From Eledone cirrhosa (taxonomy: Eukaryota), in contig OZ024760.1 in NCBI GenBank assembly GCA_964016885.1, forward strand, positions 11,470,001-11,534,000: a stretch of 64,000 nt of DNA, read 5' to 3'. Of the stretch, positions 44,449-59,939 are shown piece after piece (positions within the stretch are counted from its first letter, which is position 1; the number at the start of each line of letters is the position of its first letter). A model generated the notes under the pieces. It was not told where the DNA came from. It worked only from the letters and a program-made list of their open reading frames with translations, and searched no databases. The position numbers and the translations under genes were made by a program.

Positions 44449-44639
44449 TATATATATCAATATATGTGTGTGTGTGTGTGTTAGGTAATTCCGAAGGAAA
44501 AGCAATGGAAAAAAGAGTGCTCTATGTATAGAAAAGAGCTAATTAATTAGATTAGTAATTGAACGACACAAAATATAACTACACCGTTACCAAAGGTTTC
44601 TGGATCACAGACGTGTATATATATATATATATATATATT

Positions 44640-44780
44640 TAATATAGAAATGGCTTCTACGGGTCTAGAATTGTTTCATTCGAAGGAAATCATTAGGAAA
44701 GCCGATTCGAATAAAACAATTCTAGTCCTGTATAAGCCATATATGTATACTCTGCTATATATTGAGTACCTTAATTACTT

Positions 44781-44784
<4 letters not shown>
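44640..44784. mobile_element. Degenerate family B fold-back
   Basis: Minus strand reads GGCTTTC-CTAATGA-TTTCCTTCGAAT-GAAACAATTCTAGACCCGTA-GAAGCC. The tail has ATTGAGTACCTT. Confidence 0.7.
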
Positions 44785-44830
<46 letters not shown>

Positions 44831-44834
<4 letters not shown>

Positions 44835-44908
44835 GACACAGGGGAGACTGAGGTTAGCTGGACATGCTCACCGACATCCAGAGTTGACATTGCACTCAGT
44901 GCTTCTGT
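44831..44908 (+). pseudogene. Short RTE LINE ORF fragment
   Basis: KVTQGRLRLAGHAHRHPELTLHSVLL corresponds to the LRFSGHCHR...LVLW block at ~6730-6790. Confidence 0.6.
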
Positions 44909-44915
44909 CCTGAAT

Positions 44916-44967
<52 letters not shown>

Positions 44968-46670
44968 GATTGGAAGGTTAGTCAAATCGAAGCTGTGGCG
45001 GTCGGCCAACATCCGCGAAAAAACAAAATTCGGAGTTTGCACGAAGCACTCAATAAGAATGTATCGATAAATCGATAGGTTACACCTTAGAATAATAAAC
45101 ATACGTTAAATAGCGTGACAAATTGAAAACTGTGGTTAAAGGGGACAAAGCCACAGAATCCAGCACACCAACGAAAATACAATCGGGTTAAATAACAAAC
45201 CTGGACCGGTTCGAAGGGAAAATCATTCCCGCCAATTTCTTCTTTCTTGAAATCACCGAAAGAATCGAAAGATCGCTCGAAAAGTAGAAACTGTACTTCA
45301 TGAAGTCTCGTTCCATTTCAATTTCGAAATTTACGAGCTCGTGTTCTTTAATTCTCGTATTCTTCAGTCGATACACGGTGCAATATGTTCTGTATGTTAT
45401 TGGACCTTAAAATATTAGTTTTACACAAATTTGTATAATTAAATTTAATATATAAAATTTTCCAGCGATAAATAAATATTATGTATGTATGTATGTATGT
45501 ATTTGTGTATGTATGTGTATGTATGTATGTCTGTCTGCCTGTCTGTATGTCTGTCTGTCTGTCTGTGTAAAAAGGGGCATTACTGAACTTTAAACGATCA
45601 CATTTTCTCTTACTTCTACTCAATCTCACTCTATCTAGCGATCCATGTATCTATCTATCTATCTATCTATCTATCCCTGTATTTATCCATCCATTTATGT
45701 ATCCATCTGTCTATTTATCTATCTATCTCTCGATATATCTTTCATTCTATCTCTGTGTCTATCCATATATATAACTATCTATTCATCTATTTATATATCC
45801 ATCCATCTATCTATCTAACTATTGATATATATATATATATAATAAATATATATATATGTGTGTATGTGTGTGTATATATGTGTGTGTGTGTGTGTGTGTG
45901 AAACAGAAGCAAGATATATATATATATATATTCAGTTTCTTAATTGTAAAGTGTATTACATTAGACACACTTCTCGCAGACTGTCGTGGCTTACAAACTC
46001 TACACGGATGTTTTAAATTGAACAAACATACATACAAACAAACACACGAAGAAATTGATATATATATAAATAAAAGGACATACCAGGACACTATACATAA
46101 ATACGATTTTCTGCAACTAACTAATGGAGAACGTGATACGTACGAAGCAGTTTGATGTAATAAATCAACGTTTTGCGGAGCAAAGTATTTTCTTATTGAG
46201 AACGCTCTAGAAGCAATGGCGGATTTAATAACTGCGACGTATATAGGTAAAGTTCAGATCTCCCAGCGGCAAACTTTCCTTCGTTACGCCATCTTTATTG
46301 ATGGCGTGGGTTCATATGCGCACGATCCTAACCGTATAATTTCAGTCAGTTTATCCATGCGAGATATTTGATGAATAAGAGTGCACAACTTCCCAGCGGG
46401 TTGTCGGTGCTACGATGCTACAAGTGAATGTATATTTAAATTAAGCAAGAGTAAAGAACGATGTTCACACACTCACACACGGACACACACATACATATAT
46501 ATATATATATACATACACAACTACACACACACACACCTACATATTTCCATACATACACACATACATACATACACATACACACACACACACACACGCACAC
46601 GCACACGCACACGCACACACTCAGACGGACACACACATACATATATATATATATATTTATATACACAACT

Positions 46671-46701
<31 letters not shown>

Positions 46702-46736
46702 CACAACTACACACACACACACCTACATATTTCCAT

Positions 46737-46776
<40 letters not shown>

Positions 46777-46782
46777 AAACGG

Positions 46783-46817
<35 letters not shown>

Positions 46818-47100
46818 CACAACTACACACACATACATATATATATATATATACACAACTACACACACATACATATTCCCATACATACATACACATATAC
46901 ACACACACACATAAATCGATAGATAGATATAGGCATATGTATATATATATATATATACACACATATATGTGTGTGTATGTGTGAATATTTATGTATATAT
47001 ATGGAAAGATACCGTGTGTAATGCGTTTATAAATAATGTTTAAGACATATGTCTAGTTTCATAGTTTGTATTTAAGGTTTGGGTTGTTGTTGTTGTTGTT

Positions 47101-47144
<44 letters not shown>

Positions 47145-47433
47145 CGTCGTCCCTCTGCCCTCGTTTGAATTCTCTCCAGTTTATGAAGGAAAATATATGT
47201 AAAATCATACAAACTTACATCACAACCAGGTATTCCACACACCATATAATTGTATACGTATATATATATATATTTCTGTATATATACGTATATATATATA
47301 TTTCTGTGTATATATATATACGTATATATATATATTTCTGTGTATATATATATACGTATATATATATATTTCTGTATATATGTATATATATATATTTCTG
47401 TATATATATGTGTGTATATATATATATATATAT

Positions 47434-47476
<43 letters not shown>

Positions 47477-47507
47477 TATATGTCTGTGTGTAAGATATAT
47501 ATATAAT

Positions 47508-47539
<32 letters not shown>

Positions 47540-47704
47540 ATTGCCTTATGTTTATTAAATAATATCTATATATATATATATATATACACACGTACATATT
47601 TACATTTACGTAACTGCATAAATCTAAACATACATACATACATACATACATACACGCACACGTACGTACATCACGTACATACACACATTCATATATATAT
47701 ATAG

Positions 47705-47735
<31 letters not shown>

Positions 47736-47761
47736 AATGTATATATATATATATATAAATG

Positions 47762-47799
<38 letters not shown>

Positions 47800-47800
47800 A

Positions 47801-47835
<35 letters not shown>

Positions 47836-48651
47836 GAGGAATGGGTTAATACCCCTGTTACAATTTGTAGATGGTAGACCTCTGATCTCGTCCGTTCTCT
47901 CGGGTATATACGTGTGTACGTTTGTATGTATGTGTACACGTGTGTGTACGTGTGTGTGTGTGTACGTGTCTATACCGGTGTGTGTGTGTATATATATATA
48001 TATATGTGTGTGTGTACGTGTGTATACCGGTGTGTACGTGTGTGCATATATATATATATCTGTGTACGTGTGTGCATATATATATATATATGTGTGTGTG
48101 TATACCGGTGTGTACGTGTGTGTATATATATGTGTGTGTGTGTGTGTACGTGTGTATATATGTGTGTACGTGTGTATATATATATATGTGTGTACGTGTG
48201 TGTATATATGTGTGTACGTGTGTATATATATGTGTACGTGTGTGTATATATGTGTGTACGTGTGTGTATATATGTGTACGTGTGTGTATATATGTGTGTA
48301 CGTGTGTGTATATGTGTGTGCGAGGGTGGGGGTCTTTTAGCTTGGCTTGACATCTGCAGAAGATTTGTAAAATGAATATTGAAAGTCAGGCAGCCATTGA
48401 TGGGGATGGAAGGGGTGTGTGTGTGTGTGTGTGTGTGTATGGGTGTGTGTATGTATTATGTGTGTGTGTATGGGTGTGTGTATGTATTATGTGTGTATTA
48501 TGTATGTGTGCATATATATGCACATACATATATTCATGTGCATAAATATGCATATACATATATGCATATTTATATATATACATATTTATATATATATATA
48601 TACGTATATATGACATTTATGAATGGATATATACGTATATACATACACACT

Positions 48652-48747
<96 letters not shown>

Positions 48748-49207
48748 AATATATATAATATATAGAGAAAGAGAGAGAAAGAAAGAGTATATGTATGCAT
48801 TTGTGTGTGTATGATACGGTATGTGTGTATGGCTCTCTCACTCACTCTCTCTCTCTCTATATATATTTATTATATATATATATAGAGAGAGAGAGAGTGA
48901 GTGAGAGAGAAAGAGAGCCATACGCACATACATATATACTGTACATATACACACACATCACACACACAAATGTGTATGTGTATATATATCTGTTTGTGTG
49001 TGTTTGTGTTCATCTATGTATATATGTGTGTGTATGTGTGCCAGCTTGTTTTCCTGAAATGCTACAGACGATAGTCTTCAATATGGCGGAATTATAATGA
49101 AACGCTCGTTGGTCTGCCTCAGCTAACATTAAACCAGTCAGCCATTCACGGGGCATACATTGTTACTATGTCATGTTGATTATATATATATATACATACA
49201 TATATGT

Positions 49208-49272
<65 letters not shown>

Positions 49273-49326
49273 TGCATACATATATATAAATAGCATTCTC
49301 TGAAGCCAAACCACTTCCAGTAATAT

Positions 49327-49366
<40 letters not shown>

Positions 49367-49446
49367 GCATGGTATGGATATATGTATTGTTAAAGAGATA
49401 GGTTAGACAGACACAGACACACACACATACATACATACATATATAT

Positions 49447-49477
<31 letters not shown>

Positions 49478-50197
49478 CACCATGTTCCTACATACATTGT
49501 ACATTCACATATGAATATAGACATATATATACTCACACATATGCACATTTCTGAACATATACACACACATAGACGCACATATGTACACATAGACGCGCAT
49601 ACACACACATAGACGCACATATGTACACACACATAGACGCACATATGTACACATAGACGCGCATACACACACATAGACGCACATATACACACATAGACGC
49701 ACATATGTACACACACATAGACGCACATACACACACACATAGACTCACATATGTACACACACATGAAGGAATAATGGTGAACCAACCTTCGTTTCCTATT
49801 ATGAACATTCAGCTGTTCTATCAACCGAACGTACTCCTCATCATTAAGTTAACTTGTTGCAAACGGTTGAGTATTCCAGAAACACGTGTACCATTACCGT
49901 TGCTCCAACGTGTTGTATCTGCTATACACTGTGTATGTGACAAAGTTGATTTTTTTTTTAATTACTGGTACACCACATCTGAAGTGATTCCAAACATATT
50001 CTAAATATGTAAATTTCACTAACAAGGCTCGGATTGATCTCGAGACTATTGTAAAAAATAAATGTCCCTGGCCCAATATGCCAAACTGTTTATGTGACAA
50101 CGTTGGTTTATCTTATTTTTGTTTTTAATTACACGTACACTGCGTCTGACGTGATTCCAAACAGATTCTGAATACGCAAATTTCATCAAGGCTGGGA

Positions 50198-51527
50198 TTT
50201 ACAAACCTCGGAGTAAACTAACAGTCCCTAGACAGAAATTTCATTTAAAAACCTCGAAGTGACTCAAGAGTCCCTTGACACAAATTTCATTTACAAACCT
50301 CGGAGTGAATCAAGAGTCTCTTGATGTAAATCTCATTTAAAGACCTCGGGTAAATCAAGAGTGTCTTGACGTAAATCTCATTTAAAGACCTCGGGTAAAT
50401 CAAGGGTGTCTTGACGTAAATCTCATTTACAAACCTCGGAGTGAATCAAGAGTCTCTTGATGTAAATCTCATTTAAAGACCTCGGGGGTAAATTAAGAGT
50501 GTCTTGACGTAAATCTCATTTAAAGACCTCAGGGGTAAATCAAGAGTGTCTTGACGTAAATCTCATTTAAAGACCTCGGGGGTAAATCAAGAGTGTCTTG
50601 ACGTAAATCTCATTTAAAGACCTCGGGGGTAAATCAAGAGTGTCTTGACGTAAATCTCATTTAAAGACCTCGGGGTAAATCAAGGGTCTCTTGACGTAAA
50701 TCTCATTTAAAGACCTCGGGGGTAAATCAAGAGTGTCTTGACGTAAATCTCATTTAAAGACCTCGGGGTAAATCAAGGGTCTCTTGACGTAAATCTCATT
50801 TAAAGACCTCGGGGTAAATCAAGGGTGTCTTGACGTAAATCTCATTTAAAGACCTCGGGGGTAAATCAAGAGTGTCTTGACGTAAATCTCATTTAAAGAC
50901 CTCGGGGGTAAATCAAGGGTCTCTTGACGTAAATCTCATTTAAAGACCTCGGGGGTAAATCAAGGGTGTCTTGACGTAAATCTCATTTAAAGACCTCGGG
51001 GGTAAATCAAGGGTCTCTTGACGTAAATCTCATTTAAAGACCTCGGGGTAAATCAAGGGTGTCTTGACGTAAATCTCATTTAAAGACCTCGGGGGTAAAT
51101 CAAGGGTCTCTTGACGTAAATCTCATTTAAAGACCTCGGGGGTAAATCAAGGGTCTCTTGACGTAAATCTCATTTAAAGACCTCGGGGGTAAATCAAGGG
51201 TGTCTTGACGTAAATCTCATTTAAAGACCTCGGGGGTAAATCATGGGTCTCTTGACGTAAATCTCATTTAAAGACCTCGGGGTAAATCAAGGGTGTCTTG
51301 ACGTAAATCTCATTTAAAGACCTCGGGGATAAATCAAGGGTCTCTTGACGTAAATCTCATTTAAAGACCTCGGGGGTAAATCAAGGGTCTCTTGACGTAA
51401 ATCTCATTTAAAGACCTCGGGGGTAAATCAAGAGTGTCTTGACGTAAATCTCATTTAAAGACCTCGGGGGTAAATCAAGAGTGTCTTGACGTAAATCTCA
51501 TTTAAAGACCTCGGGGTAAATCAAGGG
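50198..51527. repeat. Tandem satellite, 45-47 bp unit, roughly 28 copies
   Basis: GACGTAAATCTCATTTAAAGACCTCGGGGGTAAATCAAGAGTGTCTT repeated head to tail without spacers. Confidence 0.95.
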
Positions 51528-52316
51528 ACCCTCACCCAATATACTACGGATTAGATGTTAACCTAATACCTGATGATTGTAAAGCCAATTTCTAAGCCAT
51601 TCCCCCATGCTAACGTCTGTTGGAGACTATCAGCGCGATTTCTCTAATTCTTGGTAGGTTGAACAACTTGTTACATTCTACATGTACAACGTTATGGATG
51701 CGTGGCAAACAACAAACACGATATAGTAGCAGGGCTCACACATAAATAAAGATATTCACCTACGTTTCTATTCTTGTACAAATAAACAATTATATATATC
51801 TGGAATATCTAAGTGACTCCAACCACTAGGCTGTTGGAAGCCATCTTGATAAGGCAGGTTTCCTTTCGACAGCCATATTCCATTCGAGCTAACCATCGGA
51901 TGTATTTGCTCTATCAGAATATCAGTGTATAGAGTTACATACACACATACATATACACACAACACGTATAAGCACATGCACACACACATAATCAAACGCG
52001 CGCGCGCGCACACACGGACACAGACGCACACACACACACACACACATGTATATACATATATATATAATTATTTCATATATATATACATATATATATATAA
52101 TTATTTCATATATATATACATATATATATATAATTATTTCATATATATATACATATATATATATAATTATTTCATATATATATACATATATATATATATA
52201 ATTATTTCATATATATACATATATACATATATATATATATATCATCATCATCAGTATCGTCTATCTTCCACGCTAGCATGGGGGTGTATATATATATATA
52301 TATATATATATGAGCC

Positions 52317-52449
52317 AGATTCCTGATGATTTCTAAAGAATGAAACAGTTCTAGTCCTGTAGAATCTCATCTATATTAAAACTTTTATACTCTGCTATGT
52401 ATTGAGTACCTTACTTACTGTGGTTACCTCCGATTCAACCCGGAATAAC
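52317..52449 (+). mobile_element. Family B element with intact hammerhead (52317-52367)
   Basis: AGATTC-CTGATGA-TTTCTAAAGAAT-GAAACAG-TTCTAGTC-CTGTA-GAATCT. GUA cleavage is predicted after 52361, and ATTAAA follows. Confidence 0.85.
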
Positions 52450-52705
52450 GTGTATATATATATATATATATGTTTATATACATATATGTATATGTGTATA
52501 TATACATATATATATATGTATATGTGTATATATACATATATATATATGTATATATGTATATATACATATATATATATTGTTATACTTTGGGAGGATCATA
52601 TTGCCAAATTCAGAAACGACATATATATATACATATATACGTATATATATATATATATATATACATATAATATATATATACATATATATATATATATACA
52701 TATAA

Positions 52706-52755
<50 letters not shown>

Positions 52756-52920
52756 CATATAATATATATATACATATATATATATACATATAATATATAT
52801 ACATATATATACATATAATATATATACATATAATATATATACATATATATATATACACATAATATATACATATAATATATATACATATATATATACACAT
52901 ATAATATATACATATATATA

Positions 52921-53420
52921 TGGTGGCTGCCAACTCGTTTTCGAGTACGGCCACTACTTTATATCCATGTAGGAGAACCCCTACCGATGCGCTGAACGAG
53001 TGTGACTTTTTAGTCCAGCCAGAGACTTGAAAACTCTGGTACAAACACTACACTTGTGACAATTACTGACACATAGTGCTGGGCCCATGGTACCATGTGA
53101 CGACAAGTGCAGAGAGATCTCCAGATATAAAGCAATGCCTGTGCTGTGAAGCTTTTATAGTGAGCAAAGGCACTGCACAAAGCCAGTCCCACTCTCTTAA
53201 CCAAGATGATATTTACCAAAAAGAAGAACAAGTCAACATCATTGGATACCATCAGGGTTGCAGGTGTTACATCAGAGTTTTCCTTCTCCTAGAATTCTGC
53301 CTTGACAAAGGCTAAGGGGTCATCTCTCCCGGTGATTTTGGATGGCCATTGACTCTTAAGAGCTCCTTTGCCCTTTGACAGGTTTTGTTTTTAGTCCTGC
53401 AGGATGTCCAAAGTCACCCT
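52921..53420 (-). mobile_element. Second, diverged copy of the RTE-related non-autonomous element
   Basis: Collinear blocks shared with 9776-10200. Confidence 0.55.
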
Positions 53421-53422
53421 AC

Positions 53423-53455
<33 letters not shown>

Positions 53456-53472
53456 TATACATATACATACAT

Positions 53473-53537
<65 letters not shown>

Positions 53538-53540
53538 CAC

Positions 53541-53583
<43 letters not shown>

Positions 53584-53598
53584 TACATACATACATAC

Positions 53599-53679
<81 letters not shown>

Positions 53680-53744
53680 TATACATATATACATATACAT
53701 ATACATATATATATATATATACATACATATACACACACACATAC

Positions 53745-53785
<41 letters not shown>

Positions 53786-53810
53786 TATATATATATATAT
53801 ATACATATAT

Positions 53811-53848
<38 letters not shown>

Positions 53849-53875
53849 ATATATATACATATACATATATATACA

Positions 53876-54017
<142 letters not shown>

Positions 54018-54120
54018 TATATACATATATATATATATACATATATATATATACATATATATACACACACATATATATACACACATATATATATACATAT
54101 ACATATAGAGCATATATATA

Positions 54121-54154
<34 letters not shown>

Positions 54155-55488
54155 CATATAGAGCATATATATATATATATGTATATGTGTATATATATAT
54201 ATACGTATATGTGTGTGTTTGTGTATGTGTGAGGGGGAGGGGGACGCAGTGTGTGTGTAGGAGGGACACATCCCTGGGGGAATCAGAGAGGATTGTCACG
54301 AGTAAATATTGAATTTTGTGAGGCATGAGTCTATTGTACGAGGGAGTTGCTGAGAACGGCAGAGATGTGGCTGTTCTGTTGTGTGGTTGGGTGGGAATTA
54401 TTGTTGTATTGTGGGTGAGAACGAGGCAGGATCGTGGGTGGCAGGTGTCTAGAGTTGCTTGATTTGATTGCTTCTCTCTGTGTATATATATATGTGTGTA
54501 AATGTGTATATGTTTGTATATGTGTGTGTGTAAATGTGTGTATGTGCTTGCATATGTATGTATATGTTTGTATATGTTTGTATATGTGTGTGTATGTGTC
54601 TGTCTTTGTGTGTATCTGTATATGTGTGTGTATATATGTGCTCATTTGTGTATATGTGTGTATGTGTGTACGTATATGTGTGTATCTGTGTATATGTGTG
54701 TGTGTGTATATGTGTGTATGTGTGTACGTATATGTGTGTGTATAGGTGTGTGTGTGTATATCTGAGTGTGTGTGTGTGTTTTAGAGGGTGAGTGTGTAAG
54801 TGTGTGTGCATTTGCTTGGATGTGTAAAGAGAGATTAGAGTTTTATAAATGTATAAATATATATATATATATGTGTTTGTGTTTGTGTGTCTGTATTTGC
54901 TTGTATGTGTAAAGAGGGGAGATTAGACTTTCATATGTATAAATATATATATATATATATATGTGTGTGTGTTTGTGAGCGTGTGTGTGTGTGTGTGTGT
55001 GTAAAGAGGGGATATATGGTTGTTATATCAGGTGTATAAATAAGACAGAAAACATAGGTTTTCAATTTAAAGCATAGGTTTAAAAAAACTCAAAAGGAAG
55101 AAGCGTAACAAAATTATAAAAACAGATATAAATAACGATATAAAACAGATATTAAATAAACTTTAAAACAGATATAGAATAAAGTATAAAACAGATAAAG
55201 TGTAAAATAGTTATAAAATAAAGTATAAAATATAACGATATATATATAATAAAATGATATTGATATAGAAAATATAGTATAACATATATATAGTATAAAA
55301 CAAACTTAATAAAATTAAGATAAATATAACATGAAATACAAACAGATATAAAATAGAATATAAAAATAGATATGAAATATACTATAACAGATATGAGATA
55401 ATAAAACAGATATAAAGTAATATATAAAATTGATATAAGATAGAATAAAACAGATATAAAATAACATATAAAACAGATATAAAATAAT

Positions 55489-55661
55489 TGTTTCTACTTT
55501 AGGCACAAGGCCAGCAAATACCCAGTGCATTACTGGAACTTTATTTTACCGACCCCGTAAGGATGAAAGGCAAAGTGAACCTCGGCGGGATTTGAACTCA
55601 GACTGTAAAGGGACGTAACTATGGTAGAAAGCATGGCGTCCAACCCTCTACCGATACTGCC
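55489..55661 (-). mobile_element. S1 SINE with 10-bp TSD
   Basis: ATAAAATAAT at 55479-55488 and 55662-55671, although the flanks are AT-rich repeats. Confidence 0.9.
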
Positions 55662-55816
55662 ATAAAATAATGTAAAACAGATATAAAATAAATAATGCTT
55701 AATGAAAGACTAAGATTAAGAAATGAAAGATGTGGGAAGATGGTCTATACGAGGATTAACATGATGATGATGATGATGATGACGGTGGTGGTGGTGGTGG
55801 TGGTGGTGATTGTCGT

Positions 55817-55905
55817 TGTTTCTACTTTCGGCACAAGGCCAGCAATTATACAGTACATTACTGGTACTTTATTTTATCGACCCCGTAAGGATGAAAGGTA
55901 AAGTT
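55817..55905 (-). mobile_element. 5'-truncated S1 SINE
   Basis: 3' half only. Confidence 0.85.
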
Positions 55906-56155
55906 TAAATAATGATGATGATGATGATCGTCATTATAGTTGTGGGGATGGTGGCGGTGGTGTTAGTGTAATGTGATGAAGTGGTAGGGTGCTAGTGGTG
56001 GTGGTGGTAGTAGGTGATGTGATGGCGGTGGTATGATGGTGAAGGTGGTCGTAGAATGGTGATGGTGTGGAGAAGGAGGCGACGGTGATAAAATGGATAT
56101 ATATAGTTTTAAAATAAGACAAACACAATGATACAAAATCAGTTAACGTTATTAG

Positions 56156-56317
56156 GGGGTCGGACGCCATGCTTTCCAGCATAATTACGTCCCTTTACGA
56201 TCTGAGTTCAAATCCCGCCGAGGTTGACTTTGCCTTTCATCCTTACGGGGTCGATAAAATAAAGTACCAATAATGCATTGGGTAATTGCTGGCCTTGTGC
56301 CTAAAGTAGAAACAATT
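56156..56317 (+). mobile_element. S1 SINE, short subtype
   Basis: B box, core and 3' end. Confidence 0.9.
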
Positions 56318-56338
56318 ATATGTATATATATATATATA

Positions 56339-56528
56339 TAACGGAGGAAATGTGGTAAGGAACCAGGTGGACCATAACGCACCAAAGTACTCAATACTTA
56401 GGGTAGTAGAGTGGGTAATAGGAACGAGTAGGACCCCGACGGCTGAGCTCAAGCCGTATCGACGGCTAATTCAGTCCAGAATTAGCCGTCGATACGGCTT
56501 GAGCTCAGCCGTCGGGGTCCTACTCGTT

Positions 56529-56533
<5 letters not shown>
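56339..56533 (-). mobile_element. TA-embedded family A fold-back element
   Basis: Homologous to 22132-22325. The apex is TTCAGTCCAGAA. Confidence 0.85.
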
Positions 56534-56570
<37 letters not shown>

Positions 56571-56614
56571 ATACAGGTGGGTTTCCGTAAAAGATCAGAA
56601 AGAAGCCATTTACA

Positions 56615-56712
56615 TAGGGTACTCAATACGTTAGTCGACAAGAGGTATATATATTTTATTGTAAAAATGACTTGTACAGGACTAGATCTGTTTCATTCGT
56701 ATGAAATCATCA
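56615..56712 (-). mobile_element. Degenerate family B fragment
   Basis: GTACTCAATAC...TACAGGACTAGATCTGTTTCATTCGTATGAAATCATCA. Confidence 0.65.
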
Positions 56713-56999
56713 TATACATTATAATCAAGTTAAACGAAATGTCGAAAGAATGTTTAAAGAAGACACGTGTTTAAGAAAAAATCTGAATATAAATATAAAC
56801 AATGTGTGTATAGTGATAAGATGTTGTTGTTGTCGTTGTTGCTGTTGTTGTAATTTCTGTGATCACGACTATTATTAATATGGCTATTGTTATACATGTT
56901 TTTCTAAGTTTACACTTGTTGTTCGTGTTGTTCTAGATAGTTTACTGGCGAAGATGAATCCTTACAAAGGCTCGTTTTTTTTCAAGTTGGTGTAATTAA

Positions 57000-57030
<31 letters not shown>

Positions 57031-57080
57031 CATATATATACACACATATATATGTATATGTATGTATATGTATATATATG

Positions 57081-57134
<54 letters not shown>

Positions 57135-57910
57135 TATATACACACATATATACACACATATATATGTATATGTATGTATATGTATATATATGTATGTATA
57201 TGTATATATATGTATGTATATGTATATATATGTATGTATATGTATATGTATGTATATATATGTATATGTATATATGTATATGTATATATATATATGTATA
57301 TGTATGTATATGTATATATATATGTATATATATGTATGTATGTGTATATATATATGTATATGTATATGTATGTATATGTGTATATGTATGTATATGTATA
57401 TATATATGTATATGTATGTATATGTATATGTATGTATATGTATATATATATGTATATATATGTATGTATGTATGTGTATATATATATGTATATGTATGTA
57501 TGTGTATATATATATGTATATGTATGTATGTGTATATATATATGTATATGTATGTATATGTGTATATGTATGTATATGTATATATGTATGTGTATATATA
57601 TATGTATATGTATGTATATGTATATATGTATGTATGTGTATATATATATGTATATGTATGTATATGTATATATGTATGTATATGTATATATGTATGTATA
57701 TGTATATGTATATGTATGTATATATATATGTATATGTATGTATATATATATGTATATGTATGTATATATATATGTATATGTATGTATATATATATGTATG
57801 TATATATATGTATATGTATGTATATATATGTATATGTATGTATATATATATATATGTATGTGTATGTATGTATATGTGTATATATATATGTATGTATAGT
57901 AATAATAATA

Positions 57911-58188
57911 AATGCAGATATCGGATAAGAAGCACTCTACAGTTTGTAGGACTGGAGTATACATAATATATAAGATCAAAAGATGGTTAAAGGAGTTCCA
58001 TGTATTTTATTATGCGAATTTCAAAAATGTTGATTTAAAACTGAACTATCCACAAGTGTTTTTTAACCTTCATATCATATCTTCCTATTTTATCTGATGA
58101 AAACACAAATGTTATTACATGATGATATTTGTTTTTGAAATGCGCATAATAAAATACATGGAACTCTTTTAACCATCTTTTGATCTTA

Positions 58189-58195
<7 letters not shown>
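57911..58195 (+). mobile_element. Family C element with intact hammerhead (58086-58156)
   Basis: TATTTTAT-CTGATGA-stem II-GAAA-TGCGCA-TA-ATAAAATA, with the same inverted layout as 21680-22015. Confidence 0.85.
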
Positions 58196-58237
<42 letters not shown>

Positions 58238-58307
58238 TTTGCATGTGTGTGGGCGTATATATTTATGTACATATAGGTGGTTATTTATGTATCTATCTAT
58301 ATCTCTA

Positions 58308-58351
<44 letters not shown>

Positions 58352-58499
58352 TATATGTGTGTGTAGAGAGAGTAAATATTGCTCTTTATTCTTCAAGTAT
58401 ATATATATATATATATATATAAGTATATATATATATATGTATAAGTATATATATATATATGTATATGTATATATATATAGGTATATATATATGTATATA

Positions 58500-58538
<39 letters not shown>

Positions 58539-58573
58539 ATATATATATATGTATATATATATGTATATATATG

Positions 58574-58671
<98 letters not shown>

Positions 58672-58689
58672 TGTGTGTATATATATATA

Positions 58690-58735
<46 letters not shown>

Positions 58736-58758
58736 TATACATATATATATATATATAT

Positions 58759-58953
58759 AACAAAGGAATTGTGGTAAGGAACCAGGTGGACCATAACGCA
58801 CCAGAGTACTCAATACTTAGGGTGGTAGAGTGGTAAATAGGTAAAAGTAAGACCCCGACGGCAGGGCTCAAGCCGTTTCGACGGGGCTATTTCTGTCCAG
58901 AAATAGCCGTCGAAACGGCTTGAGCTCTACCGTAGGGGTCTTACTGTTTCCTA
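58759..58953 (-). mobile_element. TA-embedded family A fold-back element
   Basis: The apex is TTCTGTCCAGAA, with (TA)n on both sides. Confidence 0.85.
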
Positions 58954-59333
58954 TATATATATATTATATATATATATATTATATATATATATAAATACAT
59001 GTATATGTATAAATACTTGTATATGTATAAGTGTGTGGATAGTGTTTCTCTTTTTACATACAGACGTCTATATAAAAGCACCACACCATATATGGTTAAA
59101 ACACACATAGGCATAATTATATGATGAATTGCATATATGATGAATTATTTTTTATAAATGATATTTACGTCAACTTATTCATATCTAAGTACGTACATAC
59201 ATACATTCCTTAAGTACAACCGATATACGCCATCATTTTATCTAATTATAAGCATCCAATACACACACACGCACATTTATATGTATATGTGTGTATATAT
59301 GTTTATATATGTTTATATGTATATGTATGTATA

Positions 59334-59373
<40 letters not shown>

Positions 59374-59509
59374 CATAGCTATATATATATATATATATAT
59401 ATACATACATAGCTATATATATATATATATATATATTCATATATATCTATATATATATATATATATATTCATATATATCTATATATATATATATATATAT
59501 TCATATATA

Positions 59510-59545
<36 letters not shown>

Positions 59546-59780
59546 TATATATCTATATATATATATATATATATATATATTCATATATATCTATATATAT
59601 ATATATATATATATATATTCATACATAGCTATATATATATATATATATATATATATTCATATATATCTAAATATATATATATATATAATCAAGGTTTAGC
59701 AAATAATGAAAAAGTATCCCTTAGCGCCTTGTGCGTGTAGGAACACATACACACATATATATATATATATATATAATAGG

Positions 59781-59816
<36 letters not shown>

Positions 59817-59939
59817 ACGTGACCCATTTATACACTTTTGTGTACGTATATAGAATCTATTTATATCGCTATCAGTTATATCGTCAGTATTATTGGCGTT
59901 ATTACAGCTGCTGTTGTTGATGTTGTTTTTGATATTGGC

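Noticed and set aside
45188-45376. 62-aa non-repetitive ORF as a host exon
   Set aside because: No recognisable motif or supported splice structure.
50198-51527. CRISPR-like regular repeat
   Set aside because: No unique spacers, no cas genes and a eukaryotic context.
51569-51590. CTGATGA after the satellite
   Set aside because: No GAAA after the putative stem II.
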